This document shows positions 14,788-27,451 of a stretch of 64,000 nt of DNA, in pieces. A program made the translations under genes and the position numbers. The stretch spans positions 17,109,781-17,173,780 of the forward strand of contig OZ037767.1 of assembly GCA_964035545.1 (NCBI GenBank), in the 5' to 3' direction. This DNA is from Bugula neritina (Eukaryota; Animalia; Bryozoa). Positions within the stretch are counted from its first letter, which is position 1. Each line of letters opens with the position of its first letter. The notes under the pieces are model-generated. The model was not told where the DNA came from. It did no database searches and was given only the letters and a program-made list of their open reading frames with translations.

Positions 14788-14801
14788 GTTGCTAAGGTAA
14801 C
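14788..14801. promoter_or_regulatory. RFX X-box-like motif GTTGCTAAGGTAAC upstream of the PA-GPCR start codon
   Basis: Matches the X-box consensus GTNRCY-N(0-3)-RGYAAC; ~680 bp upstream of ATG 15479. Confidence 0.35.
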
Positions 14802-15290
14802 TTACATACGAATAGTAGGAAAGAGGGCGACTATATATAAGGTGATGTATGAAGAATATTCTATGGTAACTAGTAGCTTATTAGAGTAATAATTCCTCTT
14901 AATTATCAACCTTTAATGTCTATTTAATATAAACAATATTTTCTTTCTTTACCCTCCAATTGAATTAGCCATTTGCTAAACAAATTGGCCTGTAGTACCA
15001 ACTTCAAAGCTGAACAAAACACACAAGAAACTTCAGCTAAGCAAAACTATACTTATACTGTATTGCATTGTACTTAAATATAATTAAATCTAATTATAGT
15101 TTATTGTATTGCACTTGTATTAGGTATATAATATAATTATCTGTTGAGAGATAAAACACATCAAGCAAAGATCTACCAACTTTTCCTAAGGCTGATAAAT
15201 AAACTGATAATAACTACTTATTGTTATTCAATTGCCATCTTCATGACTTCTTAAAATAGACGGAAACCTGTTCCATCTACTAAGTTCTAC

Positions 15291-15336
15291 TACCAGCACC
15301 ACCACCACCAGCACCACCAGCACCACCACCAGCACC

Positions 15337-15367
<31 letters not shown>

Positions 15368-15403
15368 GCACCACCACCACCACCACCACCAACACCACCA
15401 CCA
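15291..15403. repeat. (CAC/CAG)n trinucleotide microsatellite
   Basis: accagcaccaccacc... run upstream of GPCR exon 1. Confidence 0.95.
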
Positions 15404-15478
15404 TTGCTCAACTGTTTGTTTTAATGTTTTTCCTAATTTTCCAGCTTCTGAGTCTGCACCTGTTTCTGGCCTTAAAAG

Positions 15479-18400
15479 ATGTGCTCGTCTCATCGCCTGC
15501 TGCTGCCTTTGCTGACACTCGCTGCCTGCACATCAGCATCAGCAGAGTTTGTAGACGACTGTAGTAGTCCTATCAAGCAGCACGTAACTGTGTCGGCCAT
15601 CTTCAGATATGGAGAGAGTAACTCCAGCATAGAGTTCAGCAAGTACGGATACGCCCACATATACAACACACCATATGCACAAGTCTCAGGTATAATAAGC
15701 CAATTGATTTACACAGAAAAGTGAAATCAATTAAAGGATATAAAATCAATCAAGATTCATTTGAAAAACCTATGTTACTGTGCTGAATGGCTACAGACAA
15801 AATATTATAATCAAATTTTTACATTTAGTTTGATTTAAGCGATGCAGTATTGTATTAATGTATAATACTGTTATATTTTTAATAACTTGTATAATCATAG
15901 CTCTATATATTGCAATATTATATTATATTGTATTATTATATTCAAATCAAAACCTCAATTAACATCGGCAACTTTAAATCCTAATTATATATCGTCTGCT
16001 TCAATTTTGTTTACCCTGCAAATACCTAGATCATTCGATGAATAGCAAAAGATTATCAACAAAATTCCTTACTAATAAATATATAATAGCTTCAGGTTGT
16101 AACAGTGCTGTAGTTTGACCCTTGCATATGTTTATCTGACGTATAATTAGAATTATCTCCTCTTTTTTCAAGGAATCATCCCAGTTTATTAGTGCCGTAT
16201 GCTACTGGAATAAAAATAAGAGTTACCTCCTCTCTTTTTGCAAATCACATGACAGGAGTTTAATTCTTATAATATTTTTATTTTCTCTTTTTCCCAATGC
16301 AATATAATTGAGCAATCAAGCTTTAGTGAAATTGCCTTGAATGACATACAAAATGTGGTAGTGTGAGTTATTTCACTTTTGGTTATTTATGATGTAGTAG
16401 GAGTTATCTCCCTATATATTCTAGTAATTTCTCAAGATCCTAATTTTTCACCCTTTCTAAACTCAGGGCTGGTGAGAATACCCGAGGTGAACAAATATGG
16501 CTGCAGAAATGAGTCATATTCAGCTGACGAGGTGGGGGATTGGATAGCCTTAGTTCAGAGAGGTAACTGCACATTTAGTAGGAAGGGTGAAGTTGCCTTC
16601 TCTCTTGGAGCTCAAGGAATCATAGTCTATGACAATCAGAACAACTCTACCCCTATCCTTATGACTGGACTACCAGGTAAAGGTTTCTATATGTAGTTGA
16701 AAAGTTTGTTACAGTAAATACAATCTTACACAACTTGCACTATGAACACAGGGTTTTGATTCTATAGCTAGCAAAGTTATATGGCAGGTTTCATGTACTG
16801 ATGCAGCAAACAGTAGCAAACTGATACTATTAATAGCTACATTATCTTATAATAGTATTAGTTCCATTACAATAACTAATAGATATATGTGTCTTACAGT
16901 TTTACCTACTAATTGTGTGAAGTGATTCCATTAGCAGCTGTTGCAGGTATAAATATATACGAATAAATAGATTGATATTTACAGTGAAATTATTATATAC
17001 ACATTTGATCTGTAAAAATTGTATTCTATTATTTTATAAAATCTTTACTGCATTTCTGTGCAATACATTTAAATTCTAGTGTTATTATATACACTGTATA
17101 TTATTGTATATTACATTGCAATGTTAATGTAATTAGCGTATATAATTATTGTATTACTATGTTATATATAATATATTTGCATACACATTACATTATGTCA
17201 TTTTATACATATTGCAAAGCGATATTATGTAATTGCATTCAAATTAAACTACAGTTAGATAACTTATTCCATATACATATTACACTATATTATATTATTG
17301 TATGCATATCACTGTAATATTTACTACACTGTATATTACTGTATTACGCTGCCAATGTAGATGGGCTGCCAGCAGTATTTCTACCTCGGGATGTTGGAGA
17401 TAATCTCACCCAGTCAATACAGACCAATAAGATGGCAGCATTTGCTACACTCTCTGAGATGGTGGAAGATCCAGTTACTCGTTATAAAGGTATCTATGTT
17501 TATAAACTAACATTGAAGTTAGTTTGGTTGCCATAGAGATGAACTCTCGCAGCAATAAAGTGTGAAGAAACTAAAATGCCCAGTTGCAGCGGCAAAAAAA
17601 CTAATACTTTGGTATGACATAAGAAGATGAATGTTTAACACTTGGGCTATGAAGTTCATTCCAGAACTTTCTCAAAGTGTGTTCACCGGTTAGGAAGTCA
17701 AATGAGTGTCAATTAGCTATATAACAAACTTGATGAAATATTTTATATTTTAGATCCTTCCAATGTTGTGATGCCTATCACGGCCAGCATCATGTGTCCG
17801 GCAGCCATCATACTCAACATCATCTCTCTCCTCGCCATGTACAAGTACACTGGGAAAGAGAAGCCACACCTGTATCTTATAGGAAACCTCATTCTCACAG
17901 ACCTCCTAGTAGCCATTGTAAGCTCAATATCTATACTGGTGAGTCATGGTTTATTAGTAGTCATATATATATATATATATTATTTGGTGCATCTTGTGCA
18001 TTGAAACCTCAACTTAAATTATTTTTCAGATCAATTACACCTGCATTTTAGTATTCATTCGTCTAACATTCATTTAGATGTTGTTCAAACATGCTCTGAT
18101 TAAATTAATTATTTTATACACAGAAACGCCAGTACTTATGTACTAACTACATGATGTACAGTCATACTTTTATACTTATAGATCTATTTATAGTATTCAA
18201 GTGTGTAGATACATTATTTTCTATTGTTGTTACACCTTATACGATATATATGCTATTATAGCTTATAGAACGCATTATATTCAAAATACCATTAGAAAGT
18301 TTTGCATATAAAAATTAGAATCTGTTTTATAGTTAAGAATGTAGGATTACAATCTTGCAATTTTGTAAGTAAAATAGCAAACATAAATATAATTTGGCAT

Positions 18401-21400
18401 TGCAATATATTATTTCTATATATGTAATATAGTATATTAATGCTACATAAAAATGCAATCTAACGTATCATTGCTATATTATATCAAAATGATATATAAA
18501 ACCTGTATTAAAATTCATTGTATCAAAACATAAATAGTATAGTTCGTGATATTTAACAACAGTTATTTCAAATGACAATTTGAACACCTATGTTTGTAAC
18601 GTAACATACGGATAATAGTGTCAGTAGGTGAAACGCACAGTATTTACAACTTGGGGAATAGCAGTTGTACAGTTCAATATATTTATACTGGTGTTACTAT
18701 AAATAGCAGCAGACGGAGGGGTCAGGTGAGGTCAGCAGTATCCCCCAGAGTGTTATCTGCAGATTATACAATTACAGCTGTATATAATTATATTGCTGCA
18801 GTTGAGTGTTGTTCTATTCTATACTATGTTATATAATGTGTTCTATTCTATACTATGTTATATACTGTAGTCTATTCTATACTATGTTATATAATGTAAT
18901 CTATTCTATACTATGTTATATAATGTGTTCTATTCTATACTATGTTATATACTGTAATCTATTCTATACTATGTTATATATTGTAGTTTATTCTATGCTA
19001 TTTTATATACTGTAATCTATTCTATACTATGTTATATAATGCAATCTATTCTATGCTATGTTATATAATGTAGTCTATTCTATACTATGTTATATAATGC
19101 AGTCTATTCTATACTATGTTATATAATGTAATCTATTCTATACTATGTTATATACTGTAGTCTATTCTATACTATGTTATATAATGTGTTCTATTCTATA
19201 CTATGTTATATAATGTGTTCTATTCTATACTATGTTATATACTGTAGTCTATTCTATACTATGTTATATACTGTAATCTATTCTATACTATGTTATATAC
19301 TGTAATCTATGCTATACTATGTTATATATTGTAGTCTATTCTATGCTATTTTATATACTGTAATCTATTCTATACTATGTTATATAATGCAATCTATTCT
19401 ATGCTATGTTATATAATGTAGTCTATTCTATACTATGTTATATAATGCAGTCTATTCTATACTATGTTATATACTGTAGTCTATTCTATACTTTATCCCG
19501 ACAGTCTCTACACGACAGGAAGTAGCCGTTAGCTGCTCATCATCTCTTCTATGAACTTCCTGTGTTCTCGTTTCTCCTGTAGGGCTTTCCACCTTGAAGT
19601 TACCATCTCCTTCTTCTTGTGGTATTCCACTCTGAAAATTTTACAATAATATTTTCAATACTGTTAAATATTGACTTTATCTTACATTTGGTTTTCTAAA
19701 AAAATTTCGTTTCAAAATTGATCAGTTGTTGACAAACAATCATTAAAAAGTAACATTTTATGCTGGTATTAGTGGTGACCTAACCACAGTGTACCAGATG
19801 CATGTCGTATCAGTACAATAGTATAATACATACATTATACTATTATATACTGATATATATTAGTATAATATAGCAGTAATAGTACTATTATAATGTATGT
19901 ATTCTATAATCACAACGACTAACCTCCAGGTTTCATGTTCTTCCAGAACTTTCTCTATCAACTGTTTTTTGATCTCCACCTCTTCATCCAATGACCTCTC
20001 ACGTTCTTCTTCCTCTGCAGTCATTATGTTCCACTCTGAGTCACCATCTTGAGAATTGTCATCATTGTTTACAGCAATCTCATTGGTCAACTGATTGCTA
20101 TCTGTATTGTCATTCGCTAATTTACTTTCATCTGTATTTGAATTGGATGTTTCGTTTATATTAGCTGGGCTGTCTTCAGCCATTTTTTAGAATTTGTGCT
20201 CTTCAATATTTCTCAGTTTTCCTTCAAATGTTGCTGCAGATATTTTCTACAATACAAACTTACTGCAGATATTCTCTACAATACAAACTTACTGCAGATA
20301 TCCTCAGTTATGTCCTGCCTCTGTTGGCATAACAAGTAGAATATAATATTTTTACCTGCTTTTGTTTCCCTCAGGCTATGAAAACATTTTATTAGTTTAT
20401 GACGTTTGAGTTTAAATTTCTAAAAATAGTGACGCATGTCTATGCAATTAGCACTACTGTTCACACAGTTGCAATACATTGCTGGACAAAGTAAAGCACT
20501 GTTATACAATATAATATAATGTTATATAATATGATTGTAATACCTCTAGCTATATTCCATATACTATGTAATCATTTTACCTATTTTAATAATTGGTATA
20601 ATTCAGGCTTATTAAATACAAATATTAGTACTTTCCATTAATCCAGCTAACCTATATACACATTTTAACATAATTAGCTGCGTTAATGTAAAGTATAACA
20701 CTATAAAATTAGCACAATGTGTTACAAACATGTTATATAACACAGCAACCTACCTTTTCTACTCAGCTTACTGTATTTCTACCTTAACTCATCTAGATTT
20801 AGTATTTAATACCCTCCACAACACACACTGAATAAATAAGCTAGTCTCTCTGAATTATTTTAATATTAAACACCTCCTTTGTTAGGAGTAATTGAGCCGT
20901 TGGTTAGCACAGTTCTCATTGTATACTCATTCTGTAATTTAATAGCTACAATTATTCTCACCTCTTCAAGCATGAAATTTCACCCTGACACTGCACTGCA
21001 GGTGTTTCACACTTACATCGTCTGCTAGTTAGCTTCAGTTCCATGTACTACTTTTCCTGCAATGTCGGGTGGGGATGCACTAGTACCAGACTGCTTATTG
21101 AACCTTAGTCTTAATTGCAAAGCAGACTCCATAGTAGCTTTAAAACCAATATATATGTTGAAGCTGTAAACCAGAGAAACATTATTATGGAACAAAGGCT
21201 AAAAGTTGAGTAACACAAAGTAAATAGTAATTCAAAACTAATTTATAAAAACAACAAAAAAGATTCAATTTCCATGATGTGACATTTCTGTGTCATATGA
21301 ATGAAACTGAGAGAAATGTTTATCAAGTAAATGCAGATGAATATCTTAGTTCTAGGAAACATACAATTAGAATACTAAAGTAAGTACAGTATTAAGTGTA

Positions 21401-23460
21401 GATGTATCTATAGGAAGTATAGTGAGAATACTAAAGTAACTAAAGTAAGTACAGTAAGTACACTTGTTTAAGTGGATTAACATTGCTATAGATAAAGTTG
21501 TCTCCTTTCCTACAAGGGGAAATAAATTGATATTTTCTATAGCAAGGTGCAACTTGTCTTTATTTCACCATGCTGCATAAAATGACACAATAAACATCAT
21601 ACTAATAAAAGTATTGTCGGTAGTTGATTTAGAAGTTATCTTCTTGTTGACCTACATTCCATTGCATCTATACTCATAGTTGCTTAGGTTATTATAGAAT
21701 ATTAAGTAAGAGGTCCAATATGTTGATACTACACCACCTATGAGTGATATTTCCCTGCTTTGATCATTCTCTTGTCTTGACTACCAGACGGAGTAATATA
21801 TGGAGATGCTTGCTAAAGGAAATTGTAGACTTCTAGATTTTAGTTGCTATTTCAGTCTGAGTGGTTTGATTGAGATTGAATTTGACATTCTAGCTGCAGT
21901 TGAATACATAATCATTTTTTTAAGTTATTAATGTTAAAGTTGGGATCGAAGGTTATATAGAATTTTATTCATGTTGTTAAAACTGTTTCAGAAACTAATA
22001 TTTGTGCATCTATTATTAAAAAGCTATTATAAAATCAGATATACAGTTTTAGAGCTCAACATTTTCTACAAATTTCAGAGTAAAGAAATGCGTTTACAAA
22101 ACCATTAGTTTTGGATTGAGATTACACTTTTTATTTGTATATTTAAATTGTTTATTTATTGTTTGTTTATTTATTTATTGTTTATAGTAATAAATATTTA
22201 CATTTTTAGCTCATTTATCCCCAATACGATAACTTTACTAAAAAGACGATGTTCACTCAAGTATATCTACCATGTATTAACTACACACTCGCTGAATTAT
22301 GGGATATGCTTATGTACTCCAATTTATTCACTCTGCTATTTTTAGCCTTGGAGCATTACATAGGTGAGAAAGATCTTTATAATTGGTATATTTTTGATTT
22401 ACATGTTACTACAGCAGACATGAGTTTGTCTAGTTGTTGCTATGACAGCACTATAGTTGTTTACTTGTTGCTATGAAAGCCATAAGGTCGCTTGTTGCTA
22501 TGGTAGCAATTAAGGTTGTTTACTTGTTGCTAGACTAACTTAATTTACTTGATTTGTTCACTATAATCATACTGCTGAAAAGCTAGAATATATTCAGTTT
22601 AATTGTTGCTATGACAACAGTATGCCTACTTTGAACGTAACTATGGCAACATAGCAATACATTTTGCGAATAGGTTGCCATAACTTCTAGCACTTTCAAA
22701 GTTACTTTAACATCAAAATTTATGTTTTATTTGCATTACTGCCTATATTTCAGCGTTCAAATGGCCTTTCAAGCACAAAGTCCTGGTGACCAAGAAGCGT
22801 GTGTGGATTGTCATAGCCATTTCCTGGATGTTATCAGCTGCTCCAGCAGTCTACTTCCTTATCAAAGACTTTACCTTCAGCTCAGTAGAGTCCAGCTGTT
22901 ACGAAGAGAAAGGATTTTGTTGGAAGAGGTACTACGATATGTTTGTAAATCAGACATATGCCTGGGAAAAGTCCTTGTACTGGGTCATAGTTGTGTCTAC
23001 AGTCTTCGTGTCTATGATCTTGGTCTATGGCTACATACTCATCATTGTTCATAAAGTGAAGAAACGCAATAGAGGTTTCCGGAAGCATTATACAGCCTTA
23101 GTAACGGCATTATGTCTTGTTGCTTCTTTCTTTGTGTCGTACATTTTCTATTACGTCATCCATGTTGATGCAGCCATCTACAAGGGCTACAACACAGCGC
23201 TACAGAACGCCATCCATATTCAACTAAAGAAGTTTTGTCCTGCGTGCACATTGATACTAGACTATTTGTTGACAGGAACTTTGGGTGCCATACTTGACCC
23301 AATTATTTACTGCGTAAGAACAAAGGAAGTTAAGGGAGTGCTTAATCGGTTCTTCAAAACTAAGATATTTTTGCGTCGGCCATCAGTTACATCCTCTACA
23401 GGTTACGTGAGAGGAGCTCAGATCAGCACGACAGACGAGGTTGCAGATGAGCACGTCTGA
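15479..23460 (+). CDS. Class A (rhodopsin-like) GPCR with signal peptide and N-terminal PA (protease-associated) domain, ~531 aa
   Basis: Exons 15479-15689, 16467-16676, 17361-17489, 17754-17938, 22210-22363, 22754-23460 (1596 nt; intron phases 1,1,1,0,1 all compatible, all GT-AG). Signal peptide LLLPLLTLAACTSASA; PA motif WIALVQRGNCTFSRKGEVAFSLGAQGIIVYDN...LPAVFL; TM1 AIILNIISLL; TM2 IGNLILTDLL; TM3 C...LFTLLFLALEHYIA; TM4 IAISW; TM5 ILVYGYIL; TM7 ILDPIIY. Confidence 0.85.
18812..19492. repeat. 28-29-bp minisatellite (tctattctatactatgttatatactgtag)
   Basis: Tandem units in GPCR intron 4, just 3' of the nested gene. Confidence 0.95.
19529..20183 (-). CDS. Nested antisense gene: ~120-aa protein with an acidic N/D/S-rich N-terminus and charged helical/coiled-coil C-terminus; unknown family
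   Basis: Exon 19924-20183 (MAEDSPANINE...EEVEIKKQLIEKVLEEHETW) with donor ag|gttagt; exon 19529-19631 after ttttcag continues in frame (RVEYHKKKEMVTSRWKALQEKREHRKFIEEMMSS*). Confidence 0.7.
22405..22684. promoter_or_regulatory. Cluster of RFX X-box-like motifs in GPCR intron 5
   Basis: GTTGCTATGACAGC 22436, GTTGCTATGAAAGC 22467, GTTGCTATGGTAGC 22494, GTTGCTAGACTAAC 22526, GTTGCTATGACAAC 22605, GTAACTATGGCAAC 22637, GTTGCCATAAC 22674. Confidence 0.4.
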
Positions 23461-24361
23461 ATGTAGTCGGATGAGTCATAAGAAGCAGACGTACTCTTCT
23501 CGGAGAAAATCTTATGATTTTCAATCAAATGAATATGAACGACAATATTATCTAGTTATGTGACACTGTAGAATGCTAAACTTGTGGCATGAATATAAGG
23601 CTATGAAATTGGACTCTTTTATCTTGAAGGTTTTTTGTGATAAGAGAATTTGAATGGATATTCTATATTAGCTGTACGCCATGCTAATAGTGTACAAACT
23701 ACATACAAATAGAACTATTAAACACAATAACTAACTATTATACACAATGATAGTCTCTTGTACCAGCCACTTTTATTTGCTAGCTGATCAGCTGGTGAAA
23801 ACTATACTGTGATGGACGTCATTATAGTCTAATGTCACAACCACAGAGTTTATATATATACATTTGAGATATAGTGTGAAATCGACTAAATTTATACAGT
23901 TTACACTACGTGCCAAATATTATAAATATATTTTTTAAATATTTACATTTTTATATCACGAACTTGTTAAAAGAAAGAAGCGTGACTTAGTTAGTCACAG
24001 TCACACAACAGATTGTTACTCGCCAATGTGACATATTTTCAAAATTTTTAAAACTTTTGAATTATTTATTTTTTCAGTTTATTTCAATTATTAATAGTTT
24101 TGCTCATGCTTGCCATACTTCTGTTTGAGATTGTAAGTTTTTTATTTTTGGACTGTAAATCTATATTTTTATTTAAAAACTTTATAAAATATAAAAGTAG
24201 ACTAAAACTAACAATAAACAATCAATAAAATCTACTGATTCAGAGAATAGAATATTTATATCATATATATTTCAACTACAGACACTGCATAACAACTAAA
24301 ATTCTATCTAATAAAATATACTATAAAAATAATTAATAATTTGGAGCTACTAGCCGTACAA

Positions 24362-24803
24362 AAGAAGACATCAATGTGAGTATAGAGAGAGTGCTATTGG
24401 CTGGTAAGAAGACATCAATGTGAGTATAGAGAGAATGTTATTGGCTGGTAAGAAGACATCAATGTGAGTATAGAGAGAGTGCTATTGGCTAGTAAGAAGA
24501 CATCAATGTGAGTATAGAGAGAGTGTTATTGGCTAGTAAGAAGACATCAATGTGAGTATAGAGAGAGTGCTATTGGCTGGTAAGAAGACATCAATGTGAG
24601 TATAGAGAGAGTGCTATTAGCTAGTAAGAAGACATCAATGTGAGTATAGAGAGAGTGCTATTGGCTGGTAAGAAGACATCAATGTGAGTATAGGGAGAGT
24701 GCTATTAGCTAGTAAGAAGACATCAATGTGAGTATAGAGATAGTGCTATTAGCTGGTAAGAAGACATCAATGTGAGTATAGAGAGAGAATGCTATTGGCT
24801 AGT
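24362..24803. repeat. 44-bp minisatellite, 10 copies
   Basis: aagaagacatcaatgtgagtatagagagagtgctattggctggt at 24362+44n; no spacers. Confidence 0.95.
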
Positions 24804-25068
24804 GGTCATGTGATTAGAGGTAATCATTAGAGTAGATCTGATGGCATGTAAACTAGTCATTAAGAAAAAAATAAGAGAAAATACTTTTACTAATATAACA
24901 GATAATATGATGTATAATATGTAATAATAATAATGAGGACACTTGCACTTAAAATAGGGATGTGAATCGGAATAATGGCTATGTGAAATCAGATCTGATA
25001 GGTGTCAGTATGATATAATAGGTGTCAGTCAACAATGTGTCAGCAGATACACGATGCTTGGAGAGACG

Positions 25069-27451
25069 CTACTCCTGGATACCTACAGATAGATATGTAA
25101 ATTATTATATATACACATTGTACACTATATATACTATACACTGCATATACTATACACTATATATACTATACACTGCATATACTATACACTGCATATACTA
25201 TACACTGTATATACTATACACTATATATACTATACACTGTATATACTACACACTATATATACTATACACTATATATACTATACACTGTACATACTATACA
25301 CTGTATATACTATATACTGCATATACTATGTACTGTATATACTATATACTGTATATACTACTATGTATACACTGTATATACTATATACTGTATATACTAC
25401 TATGTATACACTGTATATACTATACACTGTATACAGTATATACTACTATTTATACATACTACTATGTATACAGTACACAGCACACACAACATAAGAGTAG
25501 TATATACTATACAGTGTACACAGCACACATAACATAAGAGTAGTATATACTACACACTGTACACAGCACACACAACATAAGAGTAGTATATACTACACAC
25601 TGTACACAGCACACACAACATAAGAGTAGTATATACTACACACTGTACACAGCACACATAACATAAGAGTAGTATATATTATACACTGTACACAGCACAC
25701 ACAACATAAGAGTAGTATATACTATACACTGTACACAGCACACATAACATAAGAGTAGTATATACTATACACTGTACACAGCACACACAACATAAGAGTA
25801 GTATATACTATACACTGTACACAGCACACACAACATAAGAGTAGTATATATTATACACTGTACACAGCACACACAACATAAGAGTAGTATATATAATTAC
25901 CAACAGCCCCTTCTCCTTCATCCTCAGTTTGATCTAACCCATTAGCCTTTATTTCTCTCTCCCATGACCTTGATTCGACCTTCTTTAGCTTGAGCACCAC
26001 TTTGCCCTCTTTCCACTGCATATACAAACATATAAATCTGTAATCACACTAACAGAGTACAACAAGATGCTTCTAGCTTCGTCAATTCTAAAGAAACATG
26101 AGTAGCTTGAATAGAATAGACTATAGAGTATGATGTAGGGGAGTTCATGACTCATTGACATGACATCATCCCTCTAGCAGACGGCTGACAGGTCAAGGGC
26201 ACTGTTTATATTAACAAGTCAGTAGAAAGTGAATCACACACTATGGCAGAGTATATACAGTTTCTCTGATGTCACCAGTGTCATGTCTATTCCCAACTTT
26301 GGCACTTGATGAGAAAATGAAACTGCAAATCATTTTGTAAAGGTCAATCAATAGCTTTCCTTTATGCAATAGTTAAAGTTAAACTAAACATGATTTTGTT
26401 CAAAGTTAGTCTCTTTCTCTTTACTTAAATTTGATTACAAGTTTCCAACAGAGGTTTCAACTCAATTGGCACATTGAGTGGCTAGTGGGTAAGTAGAGGG
26501 TGGCTAAAGGCTAACTAGGGGTGTAGCTATGGGTGTAGTTAGGGGGGTAGCTAGGGGAAGGCTAGGGGTGTAACTAGGGGAGAAGGCTAGGGGTGTAGCT
26601 AGGGGGAAGGCTAGGGGTGTAGCTAAGTGTATAGCTAGGGGTGTAGCTAGGGGGAAGGCTAAAGCAACTGTACCTTGATTTTGGAGTCGTCAGGTAGGAT
26701 ATCTCCAGGCAGCTGCTTCACTTCGTACACATACTTGACTGTCTTCTTACTCTTTGATTTACATTCTACGTGGAAGCTGAGGGACCTAACAATCAACACA
26801 GGGCTTTGGTTATACTCAGTAACTAGTTGGGAGTTACGTTCTCCCGGACAGTTTAGAGCTGGCATAGTCCTTCACCTTGATACCACGTAGCTAAAGTTCC
26901 TTAAGTTACCCTAGCAGTAATTCTAGCGACTGGGAGAATTCAACACATGCGAGTATAAAAACTCAAACTGAAAAACGGCAAACAAAGGAGTGTGGAACCA
27001 AATAGCCAGACCTGTTCTCAAACCGATGGTCAAAGTTGCCTACAGCTGGTTTGTCTGTAAACTTGCCACCACTAAGTGACTTCTTCACTTTCAGCTCTGG
27101 AATGACGCAGATGACTTCACACCAGCCTTCTGGTTGCTCGTCGTTGGTGGTTACTACAGAATACACCTGGTATATAATACACCTGGTATATAATACACCT
27201 GTTATATAATACACCTGTTATATAATACACCTGGCATATAATACACCTGGTATATAGTACACCTGATATATAGTACACCTGGTATATAATACACTTAGTA
27301 TATAATACACCTGGTATATAATACACCTGGTATATAATACACCTGGCATATAATACACCTGGTATATAGTACACCTGGTATATAATACACCTGGTATAGT
27401 AACGGACTCACTCCCTAAAGGGCCTCGAGAGGATTGGTCCCCAGAACTCAT
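25069..27451 (-). CDS. Small CS/p23 (HSP20-like chaperone fold) domain protein, ~147 aa
   Basis: Exons 27391-27451, 27012-27153, 26674-26785, 25901-26015, 25069-25082 (444 nt, phases compatible). FENRSLSFHVEC...YVYEVKQLPGDILPDDSKIKWKEGKVVLKLKKVESRSW fits the CS-domain pattern L..I.P..S..K...KV...LKK....W, followed by an acidic tail. Confidence 0.75.
25105..25893. repeat. Compound intronic repeat: tatactatacactg-type tract (25105-25470) then a 43-bp minisatellite x10 (25474-25893)
   Basis: tacacagcacacacaacataagagtagtatatactacacactg at 25474+43n. Confidence 0.95.
26475..26662 (+). repeat. G-rich short tandem repeat (gctaggggtgta / gctaggggaag), G-quadruplex-prone
   Basis: More than 10 GGG/GGGG runs spaced by short loops, in an intron of the CS gene. 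Confidence 0.8.
27161..27398 (-). repeat. 16-bp minisatellite (ataccag|gtgtattat on minus), ~15 copies, forming nearly all of the first coding intron of the CS gene
   Basis: ctggtatataatacac units; each contains the exon/intron junction sequence. Confidence 0.95.

Noticed and set aside
24362-24803. CRISPR-like regular array
   Set aside because: Head-to-tail 44-bp units without unique spacers, no cas genes, eukaryotic context.
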